Of a stretch of 64,000 nt of DNA, positions 32,346-46,327 are shown piece by piece (the stretch's first letter is position 1; each line of letters begins with the position of its first letter). Under the pieces are notes generated by a model that worked only from the letters and a program-made list of their open reading frames with translations, had not been told where the DNA came from and did not search any database. A program made the translations under genes and the position numbers. Source of the stretch: Amoebophrya sp. A120 (taxonomy: Eukaryota > Protista > Dinoflagellata). The DNA lies in assembly GCA_905178155.1 (NCBI GenBank), contig CAJINV010000003.1, positions 1,483,557 through 1,547,556 on the forward strand. The letters are read 5' to 3'.

Positions 32346-33040
32346 TGGGAGTGTAGCGATGTTGAGGTAGCCAGGACTAGGAGGAGCAGTATTTCATCTG
32401 GCAGGAATTATGAATGTATCACGTCGTTTTTCGACAGGTCGCGGGCGTCGTGGTGAAGCTTTTTACACATTTTCCGTTTGTTGTCCTGCCATACTTGTAA
32501 AGTCGCAGGTGGCAGTGGCAGAAGCAGTAACTGTACCATAAAGCATGAGGCCCAATGAATGTTTCACTGTGAAGTACAACTTGAGCTCCATTTTCGCTGT
32601 CAGATTCATGACGAAGAAGGGACCACAATGAATACTACTATTTTCATTCTTGAAGCGACCTTTTTTTGCTGTTAGACGCACGTGTAGCTACTAGTACTAG
32701 AGGCTTTCACCTAGGGCCGGGTACGGTGGCAGTTCTCACTACACCGGCGTCGCAGCACAAAGTATAGATGAAGTACGAGTGATTTTTTTAAGAGAGCGAG
32801 CGGAACGAGTCGAGGTGCAGTCAGTCAACAATCCTCGGCATGATCTTCGCTGCGATTTATTCTGGCGATATCTATTAAATTTGTCACCGCGGAGGTGCAT
32901 CTGGTCTCGTCTCAAGAATCAATTGTCAACGAGGGACCTCTTCACACAGCAGGGTCGCCCTCTTGCCCAAAGGGACTCGCTTACGTTGAGAGGCAGATAT
33001 TATTCGCTCGTCCCTACGCGAACACGGTCGTGTCAAGAAG

Positions 33041-35648
33041 ATGTCCTTGTACAAGCGTGTTGGAGGGCGCGGGCGCGGTAAAAGCGCCCAGCTTGCGGGT
33101 GACCTGGATCTGCCGAAGACTGCGGGCTACGTCTTGCAGGACGTCTTCCCGGACAAGGACGACGATTCAGTGCAGGCCGTGCTGGCTGCGTACCGGCAGA
33201 AAGTGGCAGCGGAGATGAACGACGAGGAGGACGCGGATAGTCAACCCTCCCCAGACGACGACGACGACCACGGTTCGGATCCCAACTATTATCAAGTCAA
33301 CGAAACCGCCGCAGACCACGTTTTGGTCCTCTCGAGCGTGACCCGCCAGCTGCGCGAAAGTCTACGATGCCGCGGGGAGCTGACTTTCTTCGCGTCCGCG
33401 AAGTTGCACTTCCACTCCTCGGTCGCTTGGCTGATCCTCTGGTTCGTGTTTGCCCTGCAGGGCTTCATTCTTTTCAAGCTCCGGGACATCACCTCCTACT
33501 ACAGCGGGGACTTCACCGCGAAGCTGGTCGGTGAGGAGCGCGGTGTCTGCGCCAACGTGGGGCACTTGAAGACGGATCTCGACGCGAACGCTCTCCTCCC
33601 CCCGGCCGTGTGGTCCTGCGCCCCCCCGCCGCTCGACTACGCATCGCACTGGAGTAACCTAGACACGAACCAGGACGGGGTGTGGTCCCTCTCCGAGGCG
33701 GAGGCGACCGATAAGACGCTGCCGCGGTCGAAGTCCAGCCTGCTGTTTGAGCACTTTTTGGGAAAGATTCGCGACCAGAAAAATCCGGACACAGGGGAAA
33801 AGATGTGGGAGGAGCAGAGCAAGCAATTCACGGTGATTCCGAAAGAGGCGTACGTCGGCGACAAAGCCCTCACTTTACTGCAGAAGGACATGCTGATTCT
33901 GTGCCAAGTGCTCGACGCGAGGTTGTGCAGCAACCTGGAGCTCGACGGGCATTTACGGCCGTTGTTTCCCGACGCGAAGCACCCCAGCCAGCGGATCGCG
34001 AAATGCGAAGACCTATGCTCTGCAAAAGTATCGTACTCGTACTAATGGGAATCAGGCATGACAAATCTGGTTTCCTACCCAAATCTGCATTACAAATTCT
34101 AATTTCCTTCCTGATACAATTTGTCATGCGATTTATACTAGTACGATGCTTTTGCAATGCATAGGACCTAGTCAAGAGCCACTGCGACTTCTTCGGCGGC
34201 GAAACGTACAAAACGTATCAGGTCCGCCACGGCGAGCTTTGCGGCGAGTACCAGATCCGCCAGATTGTGGGAAACGGGGCTATCAAAAGTAAAAATGTCT
34301 GGGTCTGTCAAAAGTAAAAATGTCTGGGTCTGGAAACTTGTAATGCTGGGTGGCGTCTCATGATGAGGCTACGAATACTGGCTCAGCATGGCAAGTTTCT
34401 GAGCTCCTAGGTGTTGCCTATTCTGCATGACAAACTGCGTCTCTGCATCACAGAAAAACGGGGCTCTTGGGTAACGTGCATGACAGATTTAAGAGTCATG
34501 CCAGACAAGCATGACAAACATGAATTCTTCCAGACCCAGACATTTTTACATTTGATAGGAGTGCGGGAGGCCCAATTCTCCGAGGTGGTGCGCTACAACA
34601 ACAAAGTGGATGGGGTCACGACAATTACCTTCTCCATGTTCCTCGCCGTGATCCTGTGCCTGTGGCTGATGGTGCTGCTCAGCGAAATCAAGAGCGCGCT
34701 GCGCATGGGCCTGCTGCTGCTGTTTTTCCCCGTCGCACAAACGCCATCGCCTGCGGAGGGCTCCTCTTCGCCGGAAGACCAATCATACGGAGGTTTCAGC
34801 ACGAGCTACGCTGCCTACGCAGCGCCGAGGCCCAAGGCGGTGCGGCACCACACAACGCCGAAAGTAAGATGGAGGGCGTCTGTTTGTGTTGAGTCAAATT
34901 ATGCGAAGTTTTCATTTGATTTTGAAATATATAACTACAAAACCACGAGTTGGATATCAACAGCACTTTCGTAAAACCAAAACAGGAATGGTCAAAAGAA
35001 AGATAAATACATCGATAAAACCAGATCAGTGTGTACACCAGTGGGGGAAAAGCGTTCCATATCCTTGCCACTTCGAGCGTCCTCCACAAGCTTCAGCTAG
35101 TTTTCTTCGTGTTTCTGCCAAGGATGTTCATTCTGGGTCTGCTGATTGTCGTCGGGACCGAATTCCTCTTGTCGAACTTCGCCTACATCGACTTGATCCT
35201 CAACGCAGTGGCCCTCGGGTTTTTAGTCGACGTCGACAAGATTGCGTACGGCACGTTCTCGAGTCGCGACCGCCGGCTGCTCTTGAACAGCGTGAAGCCG
35301 CTCCGGTTTTCGGGGACCAGAACCGAAGGACGGTCCTGGCAAGCGCTGCGGTACCGGTTTGCGGACGCTTGCTCCCTGGACCACGGCATTTTTTCCCTTT
35401 TCGCGGCCGTCGTCGCCATCGGGGCCGGCGTGGCCCTGCACACGCAGTTCGCGCCCGGGGGCTTGCGGGACGTGGCGCACGCGCTAAAGTGCTTCTGCAC
35501 CATGGACGGGGGGTACTGCCTGTCGAGTCGCAAGTTCCAGGCCAACGCCAATAATCAGATCGTGCCCTCGGAGGACTCCAGCGCACTAGTAGACAAAATG
35601 AAACTGTTCGCGGGCGGTGCCAGCACGGCGCTGGAGGAAGCTTGGTGA
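33041..35648 (+). CDS. Multi-pass membrane protein with an EF-hand-like loop, function unknown
   Basis: Hydrophobic segments, DTNQDGVWSLSEA EF-hand-like loop, Cys-rich region, DLILNAVALGFLVDVD. The frame is restored by removing introners 34014-34163 and 34281-34557 and GT-AG intron 34864-35024. Confidence 0.8.
34014..34163. mobile_element. Introner element, family C (150 bp)
   Basis: TATGCTCTGCAAAAGTATCGTACT ... AGTACGATGCTTTTGCAATGCATA. TSD AGACC/GGACC. Removal gives CEDLVKSHC. Confidence 0.9.
34281..34557. mobile_element. Introner element, family A, with a tandemly duplicated left TIR
   Basis: TCAAAAGTAAAAATGTCTGGGTCTG occurs twice at the left end. Right end CCAGACCCAGACATTTTTACATTTGATA. 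Diverged TSD GGGGC/GGAGT. Confidence 0.9.
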
Positions 35649-36385
35649 GGCGGTGGGGGATGTTGCCTCCGTGCAACCAACATGGACGTGACAGGTCTGA
35701 AACGAAAAATTAGTGATTTTCTTCACCTCCGGTGAGTTTGGTAAGTATGATTCTACTGCAACTTCTAGAGGAGACGCGAAGCGAAAGCGATTTGAAACAG
35801 AGGACGAAAAAAAACGTGCATAATGGTCACGCAGATTTTTCAGCTCGCAGGCGAAATAGAGTTGGAGTTCGTTGCAGCCAGTGAGTAGCCTCCCGATCTT
35901 GACCAGTAAGGAAGTGTTCCCGGGCGACGGGAAGAAGAGAGATGAGAGTTGCAGCTTGCATGCTTAGAGGGCGTAGTGCTTGGTGCGGCATCAACATCAT
36001 AATTCCAGATTGTGCCGTTTGTTTGGAATCCGAATCCACCCGGTGGACAACACTGTCGAAACCCGAAAAGAAAATGAGAGACAACAACATCACATCAAAC
36101 CTCTGATCGTAAACAAGATGACACAAGGCGGCATTGTGCTGCGGGCTCACGGGGGACACGCTAAGTCCGCAGCCTGCTTTTGCGTTTTGGGTCCTCCGCA
36201 ACTGCCACTGGAAAAAGGCTAAGCAGTGGTGCGCAGGGAGTATCGAATCGTCAATACCTTGGAAAATAAACGGCGGACGCGTAGTTCTTGACGTTGCAAT
36301 GGATTGGCGGCTGACCATCGAGCATCGTCACCGTGACCGACAGTGAAGTCGTTTGGAAATAAAGAACAAATAAATCTGGTCAAAG

Positions 36386-39300
36386 ATGAAGCTCTCGGTG
36401 GTCGACTGGGTGGAGCGGTTCGGCCTGGGGCTGGCCCAGTTCAAGGTCATTCTCACGAGCGGGGGCATTTGGATGGCTGACGGTGCAGAGCTGCTGCTGA
36501 TCTCCTCTGTGACGAAAGCGTTGGCTGACGAATGGTATGAGTGTGAAATCTTCGGGAAAAGATGATGGATGCGCAGCTATGAATTTGTTGATAATTTCCA
36601 TATGTTTTCCGTTTCCGGTGTTTCCGTGTATGAGTTGTTCTTTTTGATGGAAATGCAACAAAACACCCCCACCACTCAGGGACCTGACTGCGGTGGAACG
36701 CGGCTCTGTGGTGAGCATCGTGTTTATCGGGGTTCTTTGCGGGAACATGCTTTCCGGCCACCTCGGGGACCAGTTCGGACGCAAGATTCCTGTTCTTGCC
36801 TCCTACATCGCCATCTTCGTGTTCTCGCTCTTCAGCGCGATGGCAGTGGACTTTTACATGCTAATCTGCCTGCGGTTCTTTGTTGGGGCCGCGTTTGGGC
36901 TTGGACAACCCTCGGCGGGGGCGCTGGCGGCCGAAGTGATGCCGATGGCGTGGCGAATTTTGCCCCAGGTGATGGGCCAAGCCATGTTTCCCATCGGAGA
37001 AATGTACAGCGGCCTCCTTGTCGCCATCGACGACCCACAGATGAGGGAGCTGGATTGGCGGTACTTAATTCGGATTCGATTCAACTTCAGTACCAGCCCG
37101 GCGCATTGAACAATCGTGCTGCATTGTTCTTCGTTGGTTTTAATAGAGATCATAGATACGACATACTAAGAAAGTAATGCGAAACTACACAGGTGGCTGA
37201 TCACCATGGGAGCGCTGCCGTCACTGATTCTGGGTCTGTACGCCTACTACGAACTGCACGAATCACCGATGTGGTTGAAAACGCAGCCCAACCGCGAAAG
37301 CGAAGCCGCCGAGGTACTTGGCAGCATGCGACGAGCGAACCTGCGATGGCGCGTCGGCGGCACGAGTTTGACGGATCTGCTGACCCCAACGCGGAGTCGC
37401 GGCAAACACGATCAACTTTACGCGGCTGTAGAGGGCGGGGGTGGGGGCGACGGCGAGGCGGCGGCGGACGAGGAAGAAGTGTGGCACGGGCCGATCGAGA
37501 TTGCGTCTACGAAGATCACAGGCTCTCCGGGTAGCCCCGCTGACAGATTGCAGGATAATTCTACTACGGGCGACAACAACAACAAAAACACCGCCTCGCT
37601 GGGTTTGCTGCGCAAGGTGTTTTCGTACGAGTACGCGAGCAGCACGATCGTACTCTGTTGGACCACCTTTACCCTAAACTTTGTGTACTACGGAGGTTTG
37701 TACGCGTTTCCGCAGCTGCTCGAAGGCATCGGCGACACCCTGACGGTCTCCCCGGCTGTTTCGCTCGTGTTGGCCGCGGTGTGCGAGATTCCGGGTTGCG
37801 TGATCGCTTTGTTGCTCGGGCTGTACTGCTTCCGCAAGCCCGCGCTGGTGCTCTCCTTGCTGCTGTGCTGCCTGTCCACGGGGCTGTTCATCGGGGGCGC
37901 CAGTTTGGTGGCGAAGGCGGAGACGAAGGAGGTCGTACAGGCGATCGCGGAACCGGACGTGCCCGGGTATTCCCCGCCCGTCCCGGGCGTGGATTGGGAA
38001 GAGCCAAGTACCAATAAAGCCGCAAACGGGTTGTCCTCGGGGAAGCTGGTCGGAAAGACGACGGCGTCCGCCGGGGCCGATTCTGCTCCTTCGACCCCGG
38101 AGGTTGTCGCGGAGGACCAGAGCAGACGAGGTCTCGCGCCGGAAGATGCGTCGGCAGGAACGAGCACAAACACGGACGGGGGGCCACCTTCCGCGTCGGC
38201 AAGCATCTCACCGCCGGCAGCAGCTGCAGGGCCCGCAACGAGGACCCCAGAAAGAACGACCGAGCAGCCGCTCGTGGGTTCTCCCGGACGAGATGCAGAC
38301 AGTGTACCTGTGGCTGTGCCGCCGTCGAAAAATGGAGGGGAAAGTCCAACGCCTACGCCGCCAGTTGCAAAGCCGCGCCGAGCTCGCAAGGACGGGGACG
38401 CAAGCGATGCAGATAAAAATAACAAAGCGACGAAAAACATTTGGGACGAGAAGACCCAGAAGTTTCGATCGAACAAAGAGCCCGCACCAAAGGACGCAGC
38501 CGCAGCAGATGAAGGGAAAAAAGCAGAAAAGAAGAGTAAGAAGCCGAAAAAATACGTGGCCACCGTTGCCGGTCCTGTTTACAAGGGGCAGAACAACTCC
38601 ACGACCGCGAATTCCGCCGAGGAAGGGGAGAATGAAGGCAAAATAAAGGTACAAGACGCGGCGTCGAACAGGGGGCAGATGCAGCGTGCTACACCTGCTC
38701 CAAAATCTGTGGAGGAACAGCGAATCTCGGACACGACTTTGGCGGACCGTGCCTTGGTGCAGGAACGGACCATATCAAATGTAAAAATGTCTGGGTCTGG
38801 AAGATTGGAACTTGTCATGCTAAATCCGAAGCATGCAAAAATCTGCGTTGCATGATTACCAAAAGTCGCCCAGTTTTGACCAAGTCGGGAGGGAGTTTCT
38901 CATGCAGGATAGGCATGAGAGAGATCGCACAGAATCTGTCATGCTAGGTCCTGCATTCCACACCTCATGGGTCATAGAAAAGCTGCATGACAAATCGCCC
39001 AGGGCCGGGAGATGATGGTGATGGCACTTCGGTGTCCGCCTGACCTACCTTCCCTGCGTGACAGCCATCTGCGGCCGTTTACAAAGGGGGAGGCAAAGTG
39101 TGCCGCACTTCTGTTTAGCATGACAAATCGCCCATTCTTCCAGACCCAGACATTTTTACATTTGATAGACCAGTTGGCTCGTGCAGTTTTTCAATTTAGC
39201 GATCCCGCAGCCGATCGTGACGAAGACGCTGGCCAGCCCCGGTTTGAGCTGGAGTAGCGACGCGCTCGCTCCTTACACTCGACAGGACAGTAAGAATGCT

Positions 39301-40264
39301 GGCCAGCTTGTTCACCTCCAACACGAGGAAGAGCATGATCATGCACAGCAGCACATACCTGTTACCTTTCTCGAGACCGGTGCAATCGAGACGGTGCACC
39401 ATAATTATGCCGGTGATCAAGTCCATGTCGCGACCAGTCGAGAAGATCAGCGACGGCGCGCACGAGGGGAAGACGACCAGGATGATGGCATCATAAGATC
39501 AGGAGAACTTCTGCAGCAACCCGGCGAAGATGCTTCTTCTGTCTCCATGGTTTTGTCCGCGCAGCAAAAAGCCACAAGCAAGACGGAGGTTTCATCAGGG
39601 CGCGTGTTGACGGACAGCGAGGCTGTAATTGGAGATCATAAAACTACTTCTCAACAAGCCACCGACTCGTCCACCGACGGTGACGATTACAAATTGCTGG
39701 CGAATTTTTTCCTGCAGGCCGGACTGTTTGGCAACAAGATTTGGGTGCAAGTCTGCTTTGTGCTGATCTACCTCTACTCCGTCGAAGCGTATCCGACGCA
39801 GTACCGCAATTCCGGCGCGGCGGTGTGCCTGGCAGCGGGGCGCATCGGGGCCATCAGCTGCCCGCTGATCTTATGAACTGCAAAAGTATCTTACTCGTAT
39901 AAATGCGTTACAAATTTTCTCAGCATGAGAAAGAAAATTTGTCATGCTGATTTACTTTAAGAAAAAAATTTGCAATGCAAGACTTGCATTTATACGAATA
40001 CGGTACTTTTGCACAGGATAAATCTACGAACTGCTCCCGCACCAGTTCTACTTTTTCGTCATCATGGCCTCCCTCCTGGCGATCAACTGTTTTTTCTTTG
40101 TGTTTTTTCGCCTGCCGGAAACCGCCGGCCAGCCGCTCGCTCCGGACGACAGTTCAAAGGCGAGGCAGGGCTATACCAGTCTTCTGTCCGTTCCGTTTGC
40201 GTTTTTCATGGCGACGGCGGCACCAGAAAAAATACTTAATGCCAGTAGGTATTCAGAAGGATGA
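36386..40264 (+). CDS. MFS transporter, SV2/SVOP-like (sugar transporter family)
   Basis: IWMADGAEL, GHLGDQFGRK, CLRFFVG, ELHESPMWL, YSVEAYPTQYRNSG, AGRIGAISCP, LPETAGQPL. GT-AG introns 36535-36679 and 37061-37192. Introners 38773-39167 and 39872-40020. Confidence 0.9.
38773..39167. mobile_element. Introner element, family A, with a 116-bp internal insertion
   Basis: Perfect 30-bp TIR TATCAAATGTAAAAATGTCTGGGTCTGGAA. TSD GACCA at 38768-38772 and 39168-39172. Confidence 0.95.
39872..40020. mobile_element. Introner element, family C (149 bp)
   Basis: TATGAACTGCAAAAGTATCTTACTCGTATAAATGC ... GCATTTATACGAATACGGTACTTTTGCACAGGATA. TSD GATCT/AATCT. Removal gives CPLIYELLPH. Confidence 0.9.
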
Positions 40265-41317
40265 AAAACACGACATGCCAATTGCAGTAACTCAAAATGA
40301 TCCACCAGGGCCAGCCAAACAAGGTTCGCACAAGGTAGTGCATAAGTAACTAGGTACAGTGATCCTTGATTTACTGTGCGGAAAAGCTCTCTCCAGAGGG
40401 CTGTTGTGGGTCTCATGTACTACACAGAGCGTGGGTGTGGTAGATCTTTCACCTTCATCTTGCATTTGGCATGTCATGCTTTTCCTCTGGATATTGGATC
40501 CTCCAAAGATGCGGCAGTGCCGCTGACGGAAGGCACATAAAAGAGAACTGTCAGAACATTAGCAAAGGTGAGTTTTCTTTTCCAATCGACATTTTCTACT
40601 CAGCTCAATTCTACCATAAAGAGCGCCACTTCGTGCTGCCCGTGTTCGGTAAAATTTAGCGTCACGGAACATCTGCATTCATGGTATCGGTTTTTTGTAG
40701 TCGTACATGCAGCTCGTGCTGGCGACAGCACGCATGTTCATGCACCTCAGAAAAGTTGTCGACGCTCCTGCTTTCGGTTTTTCACACGCGCGAAACTGGC
40801 ACTACTGTCTCTTGCGATCATCCATTTTGATTTTGTGCTTGAACGCTGACACTGCACGCACCCTTAGGTCTCTTGATCTGTCCAACCTCATCGGATCCGC
40901 GACTGGTATCACAGTAGTTCTACTTTTTGCAACCCATGCATGGGGATGTTTCATGATGTTGATGTTCCTATTGAACAAGATGTTAAGCTTAAGTTTCTAA
41001 GCACATGCTCGCACACAGAGGCTCCTCCCTACTGACTTTCCCATTTCGTGAAGTTTTGTGCGCATGCCTACATGAACATCTTCAGCTATTCCTAAACCGA
41101 CACCATGTAAACGTTTTACAGCCTGTTTCTTCTACGCCTTTTTTTGTTTTATTCCAGCGACATCTTTGTGCCAGTAGCAGTACCAGTACCAGTAGTAGAT
41201 ATGACCAAGAAATTTCGATGTCAGCGTCAGACACAACCGGCACCCCCTGCTTAGTTTAAGTTTTACCTGGTGAAAACAAATTTCTTCCACGAGTCGTGTA
41301 CGAATCGATAATACAAA

Positions 41318-44300
41318 ATGGGTGCGAAGCAAAAGTTTTCCTCCATGGACGTGGGGGCCATGGTGAGCGTGTTGCAGAACAAGGTGCTTCGCAACCAAGT
41401 GGCTAATGTGTACGACTTGGCGGCCAGTAAAGCCTTCTTGCTGCGGTTAAAAAATCGCGAGAAGGATTCCAAGGTGGCCGGAACGGAGTTTTCCAACATC
41501 ATTCTCGAGCCCGGCACCAGGTTTCACATCACGAAGTTTGACCGCGAAAAGAGCACCGTGCCCTCCTCCGCCACCATGAAGCTTCGAAAACACTTGCGCA
41601 ATCTTCGGCTCACCGACGTGCAGCAAGTGGGGCTGGACCGCGTGGTGCTTTTTACGTTTTCAGGGGCCGGCGGTGCGAATTTTCAGGCGGGCGGGGACCC
41701 GACCGACAATGTTCCGGAACCGGCACCCACGACACAGCAGCCCGTCAAGCTGTTTCTAGTCCTGGAATTGTACTTTTCACTTTTTTGTTTGAAGCTGCTT
41801 TGATGTGCATCTAAATGTGCAGAGGGCTCGAAGTTTTCATGTGCCCACAACAAGTCGTGTGGATGTGGTGATTCACTACAAGTCGAACGATAATTGAAAG
41901 CGCTTTTACTTAATCATTTTGCAAATAATATAACCCTACTTCTCCCAGGTTTGTCCGCGGCAGTTTGGTGTTGTGTGACCACGACATGAAGGTGCTGTTT
42001 CGGTCTGTTACCTATGAGTACGCGACGAATCACGTGCCGATCGGCGAAGTGTACAAGTTCGACCAGCCTGCCATGACGTGTTTGGTGAATCCAAAGATCG
42101 CCACCGATCAAACCGCCCCAACCGTTCCCTGCCCAACCCGAATACGCGAGTTTTGTGAGGCGATTGTGGCCAAGGAAGACGAGGAGGCGGCGAAAGCAGC
42201 GGCGGACGACGGCACCTCCGCGGCTGCCGCCGGAGCGGGAGGTGGTAAGAGAAACAAAAAGAAAAAAAAAGGGGGCGACAAGAAGCTCGATGCGGTTCTC
42301 CTGCAGCTTCTGTACTGCGTCCACCCTAGTCTGTGCAACTTCGCGCTCGAGCAAGCCGGACTGAAACCGACGGTCAGCGTCCGCGACGCGCTCCTGGACG
42401 GCGAGAGCTTCGGCCAAAAGATGGCCGCAGCGGCCAGTGGCTGCCTGGAGATGATGCGGTCGGTTTCCTCCTACGACAACAAAAAGCCTGCCACGCTGGG
42501 TTGCAGTTTGGGAGGAGACCCCAGCGCCTACCGCACGGAGGCCTTGCGCGGCTTTATCTGCATTGACGACAAACAGTACCTGGACTTCTCTCCCGTCAAA
42601 TGCCTGCTGCAGCACTACACTGAGGACATGATGGCCACAAGTACTGAGCAGGACGGAAATAACAGTACTAGTAGTCCAAGCAGTAGCAGAGCAGGCATCC
42701 TCAAGACCACTGCTGCAACGACAACAGACGGCGCCGGCGCAGTTTCTTCAGTGGACAATAAAAAACCTCCGAAATTGTGCCGGGTTTTCGCGGACTTTGG
42801 GGAATGCGTGGACGAGTTCTTCTCTCAGCGCGAAATCCAGAAAATCGAGGAGGCGAAACAGCAGAAACAATCCAAGGTGCTCTCCAAGGTAGAGCGCATC
42901 AAGAAGGACCACGAGGAGCGGTTGCAGAAGATGGAGCAGATTCAGTTCGACGCGGACCTGAAAGCGCTGCTGCTGGAGGAAAATTTGGAACTTGTTGACA
43001 ACTGCATCACGATGCTGAACGCCCGCGGCCGGATCGACTGGCAGCAGTTGTGGCAGGAAATCAAGATCCAACAAGGCCTCGGGCACCCCCTGGCCCAGCA
43101 CATCCATTCCCTGGAGTTTGCGAAAAACCAGTTCACCATCCTGCTCGAAGATTCCGTGTCCACGCTAGGAACTGAGCAGGAAGAAAGTAGTTCTTTGTCG
43201 AAGACGAACTCGCAGGCGGTCGAGTCCGAGGAGGAGGACGATGACCTGGATGCCTTATTTTCCGACGACGACGACGGGGACATAAATAACGAGAAGGAAG
43301 GTAAGAGCAAAAGAAAAAACGCCAATGCGCAGACCCAACGCCAAGACCTGCCCATGGTCACGCTGCCGATCGACCTCGGGCTGACCGCGTACGGCAACGT
43401 GGCCAAGTTGCACGCGCACCGCAAGGCGACCAAGAGCAAAAACGAGAAAACGGTGCTCGCGAAGGACCGCGTGCTGAAGCAGGCCGAGAAGAAGGCGCAG
43501 CTGGACGTGAAGAAGATCGAGCGCGACCACAAAGTCCAAAACCTGCGGCAGGTCCGGCAACTCACCTGGTTCGAGAGCAAGTTCCACTGGTTTTTGTCCA
43601 GCGAGGGCTTCCTGTGCCTGCAGGGGCGCGACGCGACCACGCAGGACATGCTGATCAAACGCTACATGGACCCCGCGCACGACGTCGTCGTCGGCACGGA
43701 TCACGTCAGCTACCACGGGGCGACGGCGGCGCGGCTGGTTTTGGTCAAGATGCGTCGCGACCTGCTGGAAACTGGGAGTTGTACTAAAAAGATGGAAAAC
43801 TACCAACTCGAAATTCCGCCCTTAACCCTGCAGGAAGCCGCGGTGCTGTGTTTGGCGCAGAGCGAAGCGTGGGCGAAAAAGGACTTGGTGCCGTGCTGGT
43901 GGGTGTTTGGGAAGGAAATCAAGTTTCGCAGCCTGGAGATTGAGGGCAAAGCGTACTACTACGACATCGCGGCGTCCGCCAAGAACTTGCTACCGCCCTC
44001 GAAGCTCGAAATGGGCTATTGCCTGCTGTTCGAGGTCGAGTTGTCCAACACGCGGCACGCAGGGGAGCGAAAAATTCGGTCCGGACCCGACGCAGATGAG
44101 CAGCAGCTTGCATCTTCTGCGAGCAGCCCCAACATCGAGGACGAGGATGAAACTGCGGAAAATGAGGAAGAGAGGAATGTGGACGAAGAGGGAGGGCCAT
44201 TGAAGTCCCATGAAGATGAACAAGCAGAGGACCAACACAGCAATTCCTCACAGGACGATGACAAGGAAATAAGCGACACCGAGGATATCGTGCAGCAGAA

Positions 44301-45929
44301 TTATGGCACTCCTGGTCCTGAAGAACATGCTAGCCCAGCACGAAGCGCGCAAAGTCGGTTTGCAGCTGTTGAAAGCGAACAGAAAGAGACGCTGCTACCG
44401 ACGTTGGAAGAGGAAGTAAATGCGAAGCTGACTAGTAATGGACGTGAAATAAACAACTACACCGGTCAAGCGCAAAGCCTGGAAGATTCTAAGCTGTCGG
44501 GGCTGGGAGAAAAAGATCTGGACGAAAGCCAGGTGAACGACGAGTACAAATTTCATCCAACCGAGCGCATCGCGGGACCTGGGCACAAGAAAAAGTTGAC
44601 GAAGAAGGAGCGCGAGTTGGCAAAAAAGGGCATATTATCAAATGCAAAAATGTCTGGGTCCTGGAAGGATGTAACTTGTGATGCGCATTTCAGAACACAC
44701 AAAAATCTCTGATGCATAGGCAGCAAAAGCTGCTCACTTTCTGTCACCAAAATGGGGGATTTGTTATGCGGATTCGGCATTGCGGAAGCTTCTCGGAACC
44801 TGTGATGCTAGAGCTTCCATGCCAAACCTTCTGTGTCATGCAGAAACAGCATGACTCTTCCAGACCGAGACATTTTAATATTCGATACATAGTTCCACCA
44901 GCACCGCAGCAGCAGAACGACGCAGCCGACAGCGATGTTGATGAGCCTACTGATGGCGGCAGAGCTAGAGCTAGAGCTTCCAATACGAAGCAGAATCAGA
45001 AAAGTAAGAACTCTACTCCTCCTACAACAACTGGGAGCGAAATAAATCAAAAAGGTGCATCTACATCTAGTACTGCACAGCAGGCCGTCCCGAAAGCAGT
45101 GCCGCGCGGGCAAAAGGCAAAGTTGAAGCGCGTGGCGAAGTATGCCGACCAAGATGAAGAAACGCGAACAGCACGGATGGCATTGATAGGCGCGAAAGAG
45201 AAAAAGGTAGCTCCAGTCCTAAACGCCGGCATCTTCGGCGAACAAATAAATCCGGGCGACGACAATGATGCGGCGGATGGTTCTCCTTCTGGACGAACCG
45301 TAGATCATGGGCAGCAGAACACAGGCGACAAGAAAGGGGGAGCAAAGCCGGGCGCTAAGGGTAAAGGAAAACAAGCCGGCGGTACTGCGCGAGCGGAGAC
45401 AAAACCGAAAACGCAGTGGCAGCTGGAAGGCGAGCGAACCGCCATTCAAGAGGCACTGCTGCTGGACCCATTGACCTGGGACGCGCGGTTCACCGGCCGC
45501 CCGTGTCTGGAAGACGCCGTCGTACGGGCGATTCCCATGTGCGCCCCCTGGAGTGCGATCAACAAAAGTTGCTGGTTCAAGGTACGCCTGACGCCCTCCA
45601 CGGGCAGCTCCGCTATGAAGAAGGGGCGACTACGCGAAATTGCGCAGCACCTCTTTTTCGACGACCGAAACCAAAGCGACATCAGTCTGCAGCTGCAAAA
45701 AGAGCAAGCGGAGGGTGACCAGTCGGTGGCCTTGACGCCGCAGAGCGTTCTCTCGCAGTGGAAGGAGTACATGCATGCCATTCCGGACATGGAAATCATG
45801 AACGCGCTGATTTCGGGTTCCCAAATTCAAGCGGCGGGCGTCCAGAAGGTCCAAAAACAGATGAAGAAGGAGAAAGTAACGAAGGCCAAGAATAACCAGC
45901 AACAGGGAGGAAATAAAGCCAAGAAATGA
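41318..45929 (+). CDS. NEMF: Ribosome quality-control factor NEMF/Rqc2 (NFACT-N, coiled coil, NFACT-R, DUF3441-like C-terminus)
   Basis: KQKFSSMDV, VANVYDL, MKLRKHLRNLRL...VGLDRVV, WFESKFHWFLSSEGFLCLQGRD, IPMCAPWSA...KVRLTP...KKG. GT-AG intron 41770-41948 and introner 44636-44887. Confidence 0.93.
44636..44887. mobile_element. Introner element, family A (diverged), in NEMF
   Basis: TATCAAATGCAAAAATGTCTGGGTCCTGGAA ... TTCCAGACCGAGACATTTTAATATTCGATA. TSD CATAT/CATAG. Removal joins ORFs 41965 and 44712 in frame. Confidence 0.9.
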
Positions 45930-46327
45930 AATAGCCTATGCGCGCAAGAACCAGTTTGTCATTGTCTCTAAGCATTCGCTGAGCAGATCTAAACAAAAAA
46001 TAAAGTAGAACATGAAGTATCCGTCCCATGACGAAAACATGAGGGAGGCCACTGACGGCTTCTTCTAGCGCTTTTTTTTTTTGCACTTGGCGCAAGAAAG
46101 TCGCGCGTGTTCTCTTTCTTCCTAGTCGACTATGGTGGCGATTTTCTGCTCAGTGTTGTTTGCACGTGCAATAATGTCTTTCTGAACAGAGACAAAATGT
46201 TTCCTGTGTTTCCTTTGGCACGGTAGCCTAGATAAACCTTTTTCGTTGCAGCTTGGACCACACTTAGTACGTAGGAAAATTGAAGAATATCTTCTTCCTT
46301 CCACCGGCGCGCTTTCAACTCGCAAAG

